Under the pieces are notes generated by a model, which saw only the letters and a program-made list of their open reading frames with translations, did no database searches and had not been told where the DNA came from. Shown here one piece after another: positions 8,852 through 19,831 of a stretch of 64,000 bases of DNA. The position numbers and the translations under genes are program-made. Positions within the stretch are counted from its first letter, which is position 1; every line of letters starts with the position of its first letter. Origin of the DNA: a virus (lineage: Duplodnaviria > Caudoviricetes); the IMG/VR virus record IMGVR_UViG_3300017700_000931, positions 288,001 to 352,000 of that record. The stretch is one strand, 5' to 3'.

Positions 8852-9178
8852 ATGAAAAAATTCCTAATTATTTTTACATTGGCCATTCTAATTTTTGGCT
8901 ACCCAGCGTTGAAATATTCAACCACTGAAACAATTGAGATTACCATTAAAGACAAAGAAAGAATAACCACTGGCTCCGGTGAAGATATTGAAAGCAAGTA
9001 CCTTGTTTATACCACCGATGAAGTCTTTGAGAATACAGATACTTGGCTCTTCATGAAGTTTGGTAGTTCCGATGTTCAAAATGATTTAACTGTCGGTAAA
9101 ACATTTAAAGTAAAAGTTTGTGGATGGCGATTACCATTCTTCTCAGCATACCGAAATATTATTTCAATACAGGAATAA
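8852..9178 (+). CDS. Membrane-anchored conserved phage protein (DUF1523-like)
   Basis: N-terminal TM; EVFENTDTW..KF.SSD.Q..L..GK.F..KV.GWR.PFFS.YRNII pattern recalled from this family. Confidence 0.5.
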   Translation: MKKFLIIFTLAILIFGYPALKYSTTETIEITIKDKERITTGSGEDIESKYLVYTTDEVFENTDTWLFMKFGSSDVQNDLTVGKTFKVKVCGWRLPFFSAYRNIISIQE

Positions 9179-9903
9179 TGTCTACCAGAAAGGAAAACAT
9201 TATTTCTTATTTTAAGATTCTAGCCGGACTCATGCTAGTCTTCCCATTAGTCCATGTTTATTGGGCACTTGACTTCGGTCTATTGATTGGTGGAATTATT
9301 GCTGGTGTTGAACATTTGGTACTATGGTTTTTAGGCATAATGATGTTCAACTACTTAGAATACGATAGATTCAGTCTTTATGTTAAACGTATTAAAAACT
9401 AAAATATGGCATTAAACATTTTTTTCGTATTGACTCTTGGAATTGTTATTCTGAACGTGTTATACATTATAACATTATTTGGTCCTACTAGCTTAGTTTT
9501 GCCAAGTTATAAAACCTTTGGTCCCAAACATTGGCTCATATTTTACCCTTCATTCTTTTTTCAAGTTTGGTGGTGGTCTGATTTCATAGGGCTACTGCAC
9601 TAATCAAACAAAAACTGATAAACTATGAACAAGGTTTTAACTACTGAATTTGATATTCTAATTTTAGAGCGAATGAGTTATGCTCAATTGGACAAATTCG
9701 TGAATGATTTACTAGTTACGATTAATACACTTGAACAACTCAAGTTACAAGCTGTAATATTCCATGAAGATGAAAAAGCGGTGAAGTACCAGAAATGGAT
9801 TCATAATGCTACCAGCAACCGAGAAGCAATGATTGTTGTTATGCTGGGTAAAGAAGCTGATATGTGTGAACACCATGATTTAGAAACCATTTGGTTAAAC
9901 TAA
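9178..9903 (+). CDS. Two small membrane proteins (9178-9402, 9406-9603) and a hypothetical (9625-9903)
   Basis: Hydrophobic ORFs, coupled stop/start. Confidence 0.55.
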
Positions 9904-10103
9904 TGGATTTAACAGACTTGGAAAAGGATGCCTTAATTGTTCTGGGAGATAATTTATGTCTCCCGCAATTTACGACTAAGGCTCGTAAAAATACGCTAAA
10001 TACCTTATGTTTTAAGGGATTGGCTATTGACCCAGCATCTTCTAAGAGCAAGATGTGGGAATTGACTGATGAAGGTCGTGTAATGTATAATAGCATTTCA
10101 TAA
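9903..10103 (+). CDS. Small winged-helix-like protein
   Basis: LTDLEKDAL..TLNTL..KGL..WELTDEGR pattern. Confidence 0.4.
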   Translation: MDLTDLEKDALIVLGDNLCLPQFTTKARKNTLNTLCFKGLAIDPASSKSKMWELTDEGRVMYNSIS

Positions 10104-10170
10104 CCGATTACTTTGCACTTAAAGCCAACACTCGTTGGCATCATTCATAAGTGGTTTTTTAATGATGATA

Positions 10171-10200
10171 GAAAGGTCAAGGGTGGTTCCTTGACCTTTC
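10171..10200. terminator. 12-bp hairpin between convergent genes
   Basis: GAAAGGTCAAGG-GTGGTT-CCTTGACCTTTC. Confidence 0.65.
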
Positions 10201-10204
10201 GCCA

Positions 10205-10777
10205 TTAATATAAGTCCCTTTTAATATCTCTATTAACCTTACTACATAATGGTTGTAAATTACTGTAGTGATTCAATCTAATTATATCTTCTTCTGTAAT
10301 AGCTGAACATAGTGGAATAACATGGTCAATATCCCAACCATAACCCAATTCACCGTTATACTTACCTTGGTTATCCCAGTTCATCCATTCAGCAAATTTA
10401 GATTCTAAATGTTCTTTGAGTTCTTCAAAGGTACAACCAATAATGTCATATGTTTTAGATTTTTTGGTATAACCCTTGTTTCTAAATGACAAACCAATTG
10501 AAGAACGAATATTAACCTTCAATTTAAATACTGGGTCAGTATTTATTCTATGTTTGCGATATTCTCTATTATATTCTATTAGGTCAGTTTTATTATCTTT
10601 ATAATATTGTTTTATTTTATCTGGATTTTCCTCACGATATTTTTTATTGCGAATTTTATATTCTTCCTGTCTTGTTTTCCTTCTTTTACGGTCATATTCT
10701 TTCTTTTTAGATTTATTCTTTTCTTTGTTCTTATGATAGTGATTCAAAGCCCTAGCTTTTTCTATTTCTGTTGACAT
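10205..10777 (-). CDS. HNH (homing-type) endonuclease, inverted relative to neighbours
   Basis: K/R/Y-rich helical N-terminus; WDIDHVIPL..HYSNLQPLCSKVN. Confidence 0.75.
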   Translation of the reverse strand: MSTEIEKARALNHYHKNKEKNKSKKKEYDRKRRKTRQEEYKIRNKKYREENPDKIKQYYKDNKTDLIEYNREYRKHRINTDPVFKLKVNIRSSIGLSFRNKGYTKKSKTYDIIGCTFEELKEHLESKFAEWMNWDNQGKYNGELGYGWDIDHVIPLCSAITEEDIIRLNHYSNLQPLCSKVNRDIKRDLY

Positions 10778-10824
10778 AATTAGTTTTGTGTTTAATATAA
10801 TTATACAAAATTATTTTGTAAATG

Positions 10825-10856
10825 TTTGGTAGATTGAAATATTATACATATCTTTG
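10825..10856 (+). promoter_or_regulatory. Bacteroidota-type promoter
   Basis: TTTG-N20-TATCTTTG. Confidence 0.75.
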
Positions 10857-10868
10857 TCAAAAAAAAAT

Positions 10869-11303
10869 ATGAAAACAATTAAATTAATGATGATAACACT
10901 AATAACGTGTTTAATGTTGAATTGTACAACAACTGACAATTCGGTTTCCGAAACCAGCAACAAAGTTCCATCTAGTGGTGAAGTTATGGTTGATAATGGT
11001 GAAGGTAAAACAGTAAGTATTCCATACAACATTATGTTTGGGGTTGACACTCTGTTAACATTTAAAAATTTAAATGATATTGCTGACAAAGCTAACAGTG
11101 ATGCAATAAATTCATGTGTGAACGAACGAACATTTAAACCAGAAAAAATGAGTATGTTCAGACATTCCAATTCTGATACTTTAAGCGTTACATATAAATT
11201 TGTTGCAGCTAATTCATATGGTGTTGAAGAAAATCTAACAAACATAATGTTTGTTAGTATTGATTCATTAATTAATGAAAATTATAATTTTGTTATTAAA
11301 TAA
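10869..11303 (+). CDS. Putative lipoprotein
   Basis: ATG at 10869; hydrophobic stretch ending LMLNC. Confidence 0.5.
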   Translation: MKTIKLMMITLITCLMLNCTTTDNSVSETSNKVPSSGEVMVDNGEGKTVSIPYNIMFGVDTLLTFKNLNDIADKANSDAINSCVNERTFKPEKMSMFRHSNSDTLSVTYKFVAANSYGVEENLTNIMFVSIDSLINENYNFVIK

Positions 11304-11322
11304 TACAAATGTTTTAGTGTAT

Positions 11323-11360
11323 AATAATGAAAGGCTGGGTATACCCAGCCTTTCATTATT
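11323..11360. terminator. Perfect 38-bp palindrome / terminator
   Basis: AATAATGAAAGGCTGGGTA|TACCCAGCCTTTCATTATT. Confidence 0.65.
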
Positions 11361-11380
11361 TAATTAAATAAAATTTTTAG

Positions 11381-11905
11381 ATGACAAAAGATTATTATGC
11401 AACATCTCAGACCATTGAAGGTTGGGTTGAAAGTATTGAAAAGAAATTTCATAATATATCTGTTAGAGATTATCAGGAAATCGCTGATACGTTAGATATC
11501 ACTTCACCAGTTGAGATTGATAAAATCAAAAAAGCACAACTAATCATATTTGGTAAACAACTTGGAGTGCTGTCTTTCGAAGATGCTTGTAGAAAATTAG
11601 GTCATACTACAGTATTACCAGTCAGTAATAAATTTGTTATTGCCGGACATAAGTTAAGCATCATTGCTGAAGCACTAAATGAAGGATGGATTCCCAACTG
11701 GAATAATGAACAAGAATATAAGTATGTACCTGTTTTCGATATGCGAACCTCTGCAACGAAAGGAGTGTCTTTCGTTTATGTTGATACTCTTTGGAATCAT
11801 ACTCACTCGGTTGTCGGCTCTCCCCTTTGTTATAAAACCAATGATTTGGCATACTTTATTGCCAATTATTTTATTGATTTGTATCAAGATTATATGTCTA
11901 TGTAA
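11381..11905 (+). CDS. Hypothetical protein, paralog of 63362-63883
   Basis: Shared IE.W...IEKKF, LSFEDAC.KLG, HKL.II..A.N.G..PNW, YFIDLYQD. Confidence 0.75.
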   Translation: MTKDYYATSQTIEGWVESIEKKFHNISVRDYQEIADTLDITSPVEIDKIKKAQLIIFGKQLGVLSFEDACRKLGHTTVLPVSNKFVIAGHKLSIIAEALNEGWIPNWNNEQEYKYVPVFDMRTSATKGVSFVYVDTLWNHTHSVVGSPLCYKTNDLAYFIANYFIDLYQDYMSM

Positions 11906-12092
11906 AATATGGAGGTAGCTGAAAATCCTAGATAAGAGTAGGCAAAACAAATAAATCACATTATGAAAACTTTTTTTAAAAATGTATTTACGATTGCAAC
12001 AGGAATTATTGTTGCACTTGTAATTATAGGTGGGATTGTTGTGGCTGTCCTTTATGCTACAAATCCTAATCTAATGAATTATTAGTAAATCA

Positions 12093-12118
12093 GGGCAGTC
12101 TTAGACTGCCCCTTTTTA
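12093..12118 (+). terminator. Rho-independent terminator
   Basis: GGGCAGTC-TTA-GACTGCCC followed by T-run. Confidence 0.8.
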
Positions 12119-12177
12119 TTTATCTTAGTGGTTCCCAGCCATCGTTCGTTATACCAATTTGTAAAATAATTCACTTT

Positions 12178-12237
12178 TTATTTGGTAGAACCAAATAATT
12201 GTATTATCTTTGTTACATCATCAATTAAAACCAACCA
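12178..12237 (+). repeat. 60-bp promoter/leader cassette, copy 1
   Basis: 58/60 identical to 19305-19364; contains TTTG-N20-TATCTTTG and TTATTTGGT-AGA-ACCAAATAA inverted repeat. Confidence 0.85.
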
Positions 12238-12240
12238 CTT

Positions 12241-14641
12241 ATGCTAAACACAAACAGAAGATTCAGAGTAGTATTTCTTGATAGAGAAGATGTCAAAGAG
12301 AAGGATTTCTCAATGAAAGAATTATTGCTGGATGATGATGGTACAGAACTTTGTTACGCAGCACAAGATATTGCTGATGACATTCTTGACCTAAAATTGT
12401 GGGAAACATTATTCTTCCAGACAAACAGAGATGACAAGAATGCAAAAGGATTGATTATTCGGATTGACTAAGGGGCCAAAAACCCTTTATCATTAAAAAA
12501 ATAATTTATGAAAATTGAAAATTTAGGTAAGTTCAGAGTAGGTGGTTCAATTAACACCCAATTCGAAACCGGATTGGCGTTGGAGCGAATTATGATTGCC
12601 AGTGGTGAACGAGTAAATGGTCTTACTAGTTTTCTTACCACCCTAGAATTTTTTGGTCATGTTATTCTCATATTAACTGGTCTGTTTATTCTTGCTGCTT
12701 ATGGTTTGATTTATTTAGTTTTATTTTTTATTGAGGTTTATAAATATATAACCGGATATGATAAAAGACGTGAAGCTAATGCTAGTCGATTGACTGAAGA
12801 AGAAATTGATAAACGATTAGCAAAGTTTGAGATGACCGAAGAGGAAGAAAAAGAAGTTGAAAATTTTCATTAAAATATAATTTATGGCTGAAACATTATT
12901 ACCAATAAATTCTTGTAAAGAATGTCCTTTCTTTAAAACAGGAAACCAATGGTCTAGTGATGGTTGGGACCGGATGGAGGACTGGATTTGTACTAAACAT
13001 GAACCAGAAAAGGTAATTCAAGGTTCAGTTGAATGGCATGAAGAAAAAAGGATTAATATTCCTGATTGGTGTCCATTGCCTAATGATAAATTTAAAAAGG
13101 CTATTATTGAAGAATTGGTTGGTGTAGTTCTTCAGAACCCTGATATGGTTTCTGATACTTTTGTCTATAAAGATAAATTCACCTTTACCAGATTAACAAA
13201 GGACATGCTTTGGTATGTAACTTACGATAACAAAATTATTGCCCATGGGCAATACCGTCATGATATTGAGCAATGGATTGATATTGCTTATAAATTAAAA
13301 TAAATTTGAAATAACTTAAAATTATTGTATGAAACATAGAGTGATAATGGAAGCTATTCTGGAGGCACACCAAAACGTAGAAAAATATGGTGAAACTTGG
13401 TATGTCCTGAATGATGATTTCTTCTCCGTAGTTAAAGAGTCATACTTCATTACTGATGAAGGTGTGAGAAAAGATAAACCATTTGTTTCTTTGTATAACA
13501 CTGATGACAAGTTTTATGGTAGTCGTGGTGTTGGACATATTATTGAATATGTGAATGGTGAAGTAAAACCCACCATGCTTGATATTGAAATTAATAGCAT
13601 TTGGGATGACTTTGAACAACCCTATGGTGACCGAGTGAAAGAGGTTGGTAGAAATATGGTAATGATGGGTACTATTGGTCACGGACATACACTTGGTCTT
13701 CACCACCTATTACCTATAGCTAGGTCAGCTCATAGTCATGGTATGGACCATACCATAATTAATAAAGACGTGATTGAGGTTTATGATATGCCACGCCCAG
13801 AGTTGCCAAAAAATTTGTTGAAAACCATTCAAAGTGTGGATACAATATACGATGATAGTGAAAAACCTACACCGAAAGATATTGAAAAAATACGCAAAAA
13901 GCTCAGAATGAAACGTAAGAAAAAAGGTAAGAAAACTCACCGCAAAAAATAATTTTTTACATGAAAGTTATTTTAACTGAAATAGAATTGACTAACGGAA
14001 CGTTTACTGAAAAACAATTAAGCGTTTTGCATAAGTATTATGCGAGTGCTCGATTTAAAACATTGGATGATTTTGCTCTGAACACCTACGATAATGGATA
14101 TTCCGAAGACAAAGAGAAAAATATTGAACTTCAGAAAATAAGGTTCGACGAGTATTTAGCAAAGGACACTAAAGAACTGTATGGGTATTCACATTCTTTT
14201 ACTTGTGATATTAATTTATTCTTAACCGACTTCCCAAGCCTATTATTTAAAATAAAAGGTACTAAGGAAGTCATGGTAGACGTTGATAAATCTGATGCAT
14301 TAAAATTACAGCAAAAAGCCATCGATGAGATGGTTAAAAATCAACAAAAAAGGCTAGAATCAATGATGAAGTCTTTTGTGATTATGTCACAAAATATTGC
14401 TGAAAACCTTAAGGTTGAAACTCTAAACCAAAAATGTGATGTGCATGTTGGTGGTGGTCTTTTATTAACAATTAATGAAACTCTTCTATTGGAGGATGCA
14501 TGTACTGACCGATTACAGACCGAACTAAATTCTGGCTGGCGTATTATTGCAGTTAGTGTACAAGCTGATTGCCGGAGACCAGACTATATCTTAGGTAGAT
14601 TCAATCCAACTCTTGAAATTGATGGTAGAGCTAAAAGATAA
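12241..14641 (+). CDS. Hypothetical genes (12241-12471, 12508-12873 membrane, 12884-13303 Cys-motif, 13329-13952, 13961-14641)
   Basis: Abutting ORFs; 12884 has CKECP..C..WCP; 13961 ends in a DACTD.LQ..L..GWRI.AV....RRPDYILGR motif recalled from phage proteins. Confidence 0.65.
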
Positions 14642-14649
14642 TTCATATT

Positions 14650-14685
14650 TTATTTGGTAGAACCAAATAATTGTATTATATTTGT
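14650..14685 (+). repeat. Promoter cassette, copy 2 (36 bp)
   Basis: TTATTTGGTAGAACCAAATAATTGTATTATATTTGT, one mismatch to copy 1. Confidence 0.8.
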
Positions 14686-14709
14686 CAAAACATTATTAAA
14701 ATCGACCGT

Positions 14710-15735
14710 ATGAATTTAGAGGAAATTAAACAAGCTATTGCTGAACAACGTATGAAAAGTTCACGCCATGCTGTTGAAATTGATAACCTACAAAATAAAA
14801 ACATTAAGGACTTCACAACAGAAGACACGGTTTACTTGACCCTAAAGGGTAAAGATAATAATACAACTTACCTTTGTCAATTTATTAAATTCGAAAATGG
14901 TAGAGTCTTTGGTAAAGCATTGCAAGCAATGATTAACCCTGATACCTATTACTACCAAATTGATAAAGGATTAGATATTAACGTTAAACCAGAAGACGCT
15001 AGTTTAAAGGGTAAACTACCTAGTGATGATTATTCACATTACCACCATTGCAATTCCATTGGTCGTTTCTATGATGAAAACCTAGAAGCACCACTTGATG
15101 ATATGAATGTCAAAACACATGAGAGTTATGGTGTTATTGGATTCAGCAAAGTTTCAACCAGAAACATGACGTTATTTGGTAGCAGCATTAAGCATGACCA
15201 AATAATTACCCTAAAGATTTCTACGGCCAGTCAAAACAGACAATTCAACCGAGATTCTTACTATGCCAAAAATGAAATAATTGAGGTGGCTATGTCGCAT
15301 TCACAATTTGCTGAAATGATTACGTCATTCAACAGAGGTGATGGCATTCCTTGTACTATTAAAACGCTACAAGGTAAACGAATGGCTGAACCGAATTACA
15401 TTTCTAAAGTAGAACAGACTAACCGAGAGTTCCAGACCAAGATGTCTAACTTAAGTGTTAAGTTGAAAAACCTCACTGAAAAAACTGATGCAATTTTAGG
15501 TAAGACTTCAATTACTAAGGCTGACCGTGAAGCAATTAAAAAAGACATTGCTAAATTGACACAAGAGATTGGTGCAAACATGCCATTCGTTGCTGAACAA
15601 TTTGCTGAACAAATGGATAAAACCATTTCTGAAGCTAAGAGTGAAGTTGAGGCGTTCATTGCAAACCGGATGGAAGAAAAAGGTCTAGGTGGCCCAACCG
15701 CAAGTGGTTTGTTGGGTGATGGCTCTGGTAATTAA
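14710..15735 (+). CDS. Conserved phage hypothetical protein (341 aa)
   Basis: ATG at 14710 (track start overlaps the promoter); LFGSSIKH..EV.MS.SQFAE.ITS.N.G.G.PCTI; coiled-coil C-terminus. Confidence 0.7.
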   Translation: MNLEEIKQAIAEQRMKSSRHAVEIDNLQNKNIKDFTTEDTVYLTLKGKDNNTTYLCQFIKFENGRVFGKALQAMINPDTYYYQIDKGLDINVKPEDASLKGKLPSDDYSHYHHCNSIGRFYDENLEAPLDDMNVKTHESYGVIGFSKVSTRNMTLFGSSIKHDQIITLKISTASQNRQFNRDSYYAKNEIIEVAMSHSQFAEMITSFNRGDGIPCTIKTLQGKRMAEPNYISKVEQTNREFQTKMSNLSVKLKNLTEKTDAILGKTSITKADREAIKKDIAKLTQEIGANMPFVAEQFAEQMDKTISEAKSEVEAFIANRMEEKGLGGPTASGLLGDGSGN

Positions 15736-15752
15736 TTTAAAATTATTTTAAG

Positions 15753-16785
15753 ATGAAAAATACTACAGTAAAAGAATTGATTGAGGATTACAGACGACGA
15801 CTTAAAACCGTTGATGACATGCTATTGACTGATAAAAACTCTGGCAGCATTAATGATGAGAAGAAATTTGAAAGACTCAGAACAAAGGCTGGTGAATACA
15901 GAAGCATTATTACTGACCTTGAAAATGTAAGTGGACCGGATGAAGCAATTTTGTCTGCATTGGGTCAGACTCACCAGTCTCTTAAACTGATGTCAGAAAG
16001 TAAAGCAGTTAAATGTTTGGATGAGGTATTTGCAAACAACGAACGAATTTTAAACGAATACATAAAAGGATAATACTATGGGATTTTTATTAGGGATTGC
16101 AATATTTGTTGGATTATTATTTTATTCATGCTTTGCTTGGGGATTTGTTGTTTCAAAATTCTATGCGTGGTTTATTATTCCACTATTTCCTGACGTGCCG
16201 AACATTAGTGTGGCTGGCTTCATTGGTATTATGTTGTTTCTATTCGCATTATTACCTAAGCATGTCAATTCAATTAGAGATGAATACAAGAATGTTGGTA
16301 TGGAATGGGGTGGCTCGTTGCTTGGTCCTTGGCTCAGTTTATTTTGTGGTTGGTTAATATACTTGTGGGTTTAAAAAATAACCTATATCTTTGCCTCATA
16401 ACTATTTTATAAAATTATAATAATGAGCGAAAAGATTTTTATCTTCGATGAAGAAGGTTCACGATACGAAGTGACTAACATTGAGGCTTTACTTAAAGAA
16501 GTTGATAATGATGGATTAGAAATAATTTACAAATCAACTAGGTACTATCATGAGTTTAACAAGACAATCCTAGAATTAATTGAGCACCGGATTATAGAAC
16601 AAACTGAAGGAACACCATACGAATGTGGCGGTGTTGAGATTGGTCTAAAAGCGTTTGAGGATGAAATCACTAAACGACTGGGTGCTGAGAAATTGGCTGA
16701 ATTCATAACTGAGACCGATGCCCAATGGGAAGAAAACAAACCGAATGTGACTAAACCACCTGTTGATTTAGGTGACGAAGAATAA
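15753..16785 (+). CDS. Hypothetical genes (15753-16073, 16078-16374 membrane, 16423-16785)
   Basis: Co-oriented ORFs. Confidence 0.6.
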
Positions 16786-16808
16786 TATCTAACATAAATT
16801 AAAATAAG

Positions 16809-17426
16809 ATGAAAATTATAATGAAGAATCTGAAGCAAATTAAACCTGCTTCATACAATCCAAAAACACGTACTGAAAGTAGAAACTTAAAGGCGTTGAC
16901 CAAAAGTATTCAAGAACATGGAATAATTATTCCATTACTTACTGATGTAAGTGGTAACTTAATTGATGGTCACCGAAGACTAAGAGTTGCTACACTTTTA
17001 AAGTTGAAAGAAGTTCCTGTGTTGGAGACTACCACATCAATGACAAAGGATGAAGCATTTGAGGCGATAAACACAAATCAAAAAAAGATATCAAATAATG
17101 ATATGATGTTTATCTATGTCAATGGCGGTAAGATTCCACCAAAAGCTTTAAAAGAAATCCAAGAGATTGAAGAAATCGTTGGTAAAGCAGACTTGAAAAA
17201 ACTGGCAAACCTTTATGTAACTTATCGTGTTTTAAGTTATGCGAAAAAAGTACAAAAGTATTGCCGAGAAACAAATGACCCTGAGTTCCTACGTAAGTCA
17301 TTACTTTGGTTGGTTAACAACAAAATGACATTTACTGTTCGTAGAGCAATGGAAAGTAGAACAAGCCGAACTACCATCGTAAAAGCAGTTAAAACAAATA
17401 AACCTTTGAAGACCAATTACAATTAA
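16809..17426 (+). CDS. ParB/Srx-like nuclease-domain protein
   Basis: IKPASYNP..L.KSI.EHG...P....LIDGHRRL. Confidence 0.85.
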   Translation: MKIIMKNLKQIKPASYNPKTRTESRNLKALTKSIQEHGIIIPLLTDVSGNLIDGHRRLRVATLLKLKEVPVLETTTSMTKDEAFEAINTNQKKISNNDMMFIYVNGGKIPPKALKEIQEIEEIVGKADLKKLANLYVTYRVLSYAKKVQKYCRETNDPEFLRKSLLWLVNNKMTFTVRRAMESRTSRTTIVKAVKTNKPLKTNYN

Positions 17427-17446
17427 TAGGTCCAAAATAATTTACT

Positions 17447-17482
17447 AAAAACGACATAACTATTTGGTTATGTCGTTTTTTT
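17447..17482 (+). terminator. Terminator overlapping the next promoter
   Basis: AAAAACGACATAAC-TATTTG-GTTATGTCGTTTTT; loop TTTG (17463-66) is 20 nt from TATATTTG (17487-94). Confidence 0.75.
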
Positions 17483-17498
17483 GTTTTATATTTGTACT

Positions 17499-19110
17499 AT
17501 GGAAATAATTAAGAATTCATTTAAAGTTTCAATTAACTTACCTAAAAAAGATTTCACTGGTTTTGATTATGTGGCCAGTGAAATCCAGATTAATACTGAA
17601 TTCAGACCTGCGGTAAATACCTTTACATTTAAATGTAATATTCCAAAATATATATTTGATGTAGTTGCGGATAGTGATATTAAATACTTCACTAACCCAC
17701 CTAAACCAGAACATTATTTTGAACGTAAAGATAAAAAATTTACCACTACATTATCAGCTCCAACCCTTGATGGCTTACTTAAAGATTTACAAAATATATG
17801 TTCTGACGCATTAAGCACCAAAGAAAGAGAAACCGCACAAACTGAGAAATATATTGCAATTAAATTTAAGCAAAGTAATTCTAGCCAAAAAGATAATTTT
17901 AACTTTGCCAGCATGGGTTTTTTAACAAACTCCTCATTCCAATTTTTTGTTGTTCATAAAATTATAAAGTCACCTCATAGCCTTGACCGATATAATTTTA
18001 AGTCAAATGTCACTAATAGGGCATTAAATAGTCCTATTCATAATAAACATAAGGATGGGTGGTATTATTTCGGGATTGGTGTCGTTGAACAATTTCAATT
18101 AATTAAGTGGACCCAAGAGCGTGAGGATTTCCTAAAGGATGTGCAAAACAAATTTGTTTTAATGAATGAAAAATTGGAAACATTCTTAGGTGACATTGAC
18201 GATGATAAAATTATTGAATTAATGTCCAATGCTCAGTTCTTACTGGGTGATGGCAAATAAAAATAAATTATGGAAAATATTGAGAACGCCGCTGAAAAAT
18301 GGTATGAAGGAATGTCCAAAGAAGAATGGATTGAAATGGAAAAAAAACATGGTTATTATGGACATGACATTGGTACTACAAAAGAAGATATTGTAAATAT
18401 TTATAAGTCTGAATTTAGTACAAAAATAACAAAACAATCACCCAAAAATGATTTATCTTGGATGTGGCATTGCTCATCTACCCCAGATAATGTTTTAGAT
18501 TATTCTCATTTAACTGATGTTAGTGATAAAATCACACCAGCATTAACTAAAGCTGCGGCACATGGCTTTAGATTAGCCATGAGGAGAATGGAAGAGTTAG
18601 GTTTAATTGATATGAATGATATTGATAGAAAACCTAATGAGATTGACCAAAAAACATGGGACGAAAAATTTAAAAAAGAAAGTGATGAAGATTAGTGTTG
18701 ATTTAATGTTGTATGCCGTAAGAAACCAAGAAGGTAAGTTCTTCCGGTCCAAGGGTTATGGTGGCTATGGTCAAACATGGGTTGATGATATTAAGTCAGC
18801 AAAGATTTATACTAAATTAGGTCAGGCCAGAAGCCGTGTAACTTGGTTCTCCAATAACTACCCAGAGTTTGGTATTCCAGATGTAATTGAATTACATGTC
18901 ACCAATGGTACGATTCTTAATGAACAAGGTCGTGTGGTGAAAGCTATGGCCAAAAAGAAACGTGAAGAAATTAATCGTGAGATAGGTAATGCTCAACGAA
19001 AAATTAATGAGGCTCAAGAACAATTACAAAGAGCTCAGGATAAAAAGGACCTGATTAAAAATCAACAAGAAAAGATTGAAAAACTCAAAGACGATTTGAA
19101 AAAAATATAA
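17499..19110 (+). CDS. Hypothetical genes (17499-18260, 18270-18695, 18685-19110)
   Basis: Abutting ORFs; starts adjusted to ATG. Confidence 0.65.
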
Positions 19111-19304
19111 CATCATTAAAAACCACCGAACATGATAGCAAGTAAGATACTCAGGACCCCAACCAGAGAAAAACAAAAAAAGAAACAACGCATTCAAGTT
19201 CACCGAACAAAGCGTGAAAGGCTATTCACTTCTGAGGATTTGGCCGGAATGAATTCCTTACTGGCTAAGGCGATTGCAATTATTTATGGAAATTAATTGA
19301 TAAT

Positions 19305-19364
19305 TTATTTGGTAGAACCAAATAAATGTATTATCTTTGTTACATCATTAATTAAAACCAACCA
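19305..19364 (+). repeat. 60-bp promoter/leader cassette, copy 3
   Basis: 58/60 identical to 12178-12237. Confidence 0.85.
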
Positions 19365-19367
19365 AGT

Positions 19368-19826
19368 ATGAGAGGAATGTCTGAAACCGCAAAAGCGGAA
19401 TACAAAGCAAAATGTTCAGCAATTAAAGTCATTGTTTATGACTTAGAAAAAATGTCTGAAGAACTCACAAAACAGCTTAATGAAAACCCAGATTTTGCTG
19501 GTAACAAATATGAGGTTCGTGAGAAGAGATTAGCTCTTGTTGTTGGTCAAGACATGATAACGGATACTGAGTGTGCTTATTATGTAAATATTGCTGATGG
19601 TGTTCAAATGGATGTCTATAAAGCAAAAGAAGAAATTAAAAAAGAGGATGGAACCATTTGTTGGAGCGTTTCTATGTTCCCAGCATGTACTGTTACCTTA
19701 TTACCAAAACACTTTGAAGATTATAAAGTAGAAGAAACTACACTTGATTTATTTATGGGTGACCGTTTCATTTACAATGGAAGAGTTGTTGGGAATATGG
19801 ATAGTTTGCTTCATAATTTAAAATAA
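19368..19826 (+). CDS. Hypothetical protein
   Basis: ORF directly after the promoter cassette. Confidence 0.65.
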   Translation: MRGMSETAKAEYKAKCSAIKVIVYDLEKMSEELTKQLNENPDFAGNKYEVREKRLALVVGQDMITDTECAYYVNIADGVQMDVYKAKEEIKKEDGTICWSVSMFPACTVTLLPKHFEDYKVEETTLDLFMGDRFIYNGRVVGNMDSLLHNLK

Positions 19827-19831
19827 TTCCT

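Noticed and set aside
11906-11960. Riboswitch in the purine-rich spacer (GGAGGTAGCTGAAAATCCTAGATAAGAGTAGGC)
   Set aside because: Only a 4-bp hairpin, with no match to any aptamer consensus I can recognise.
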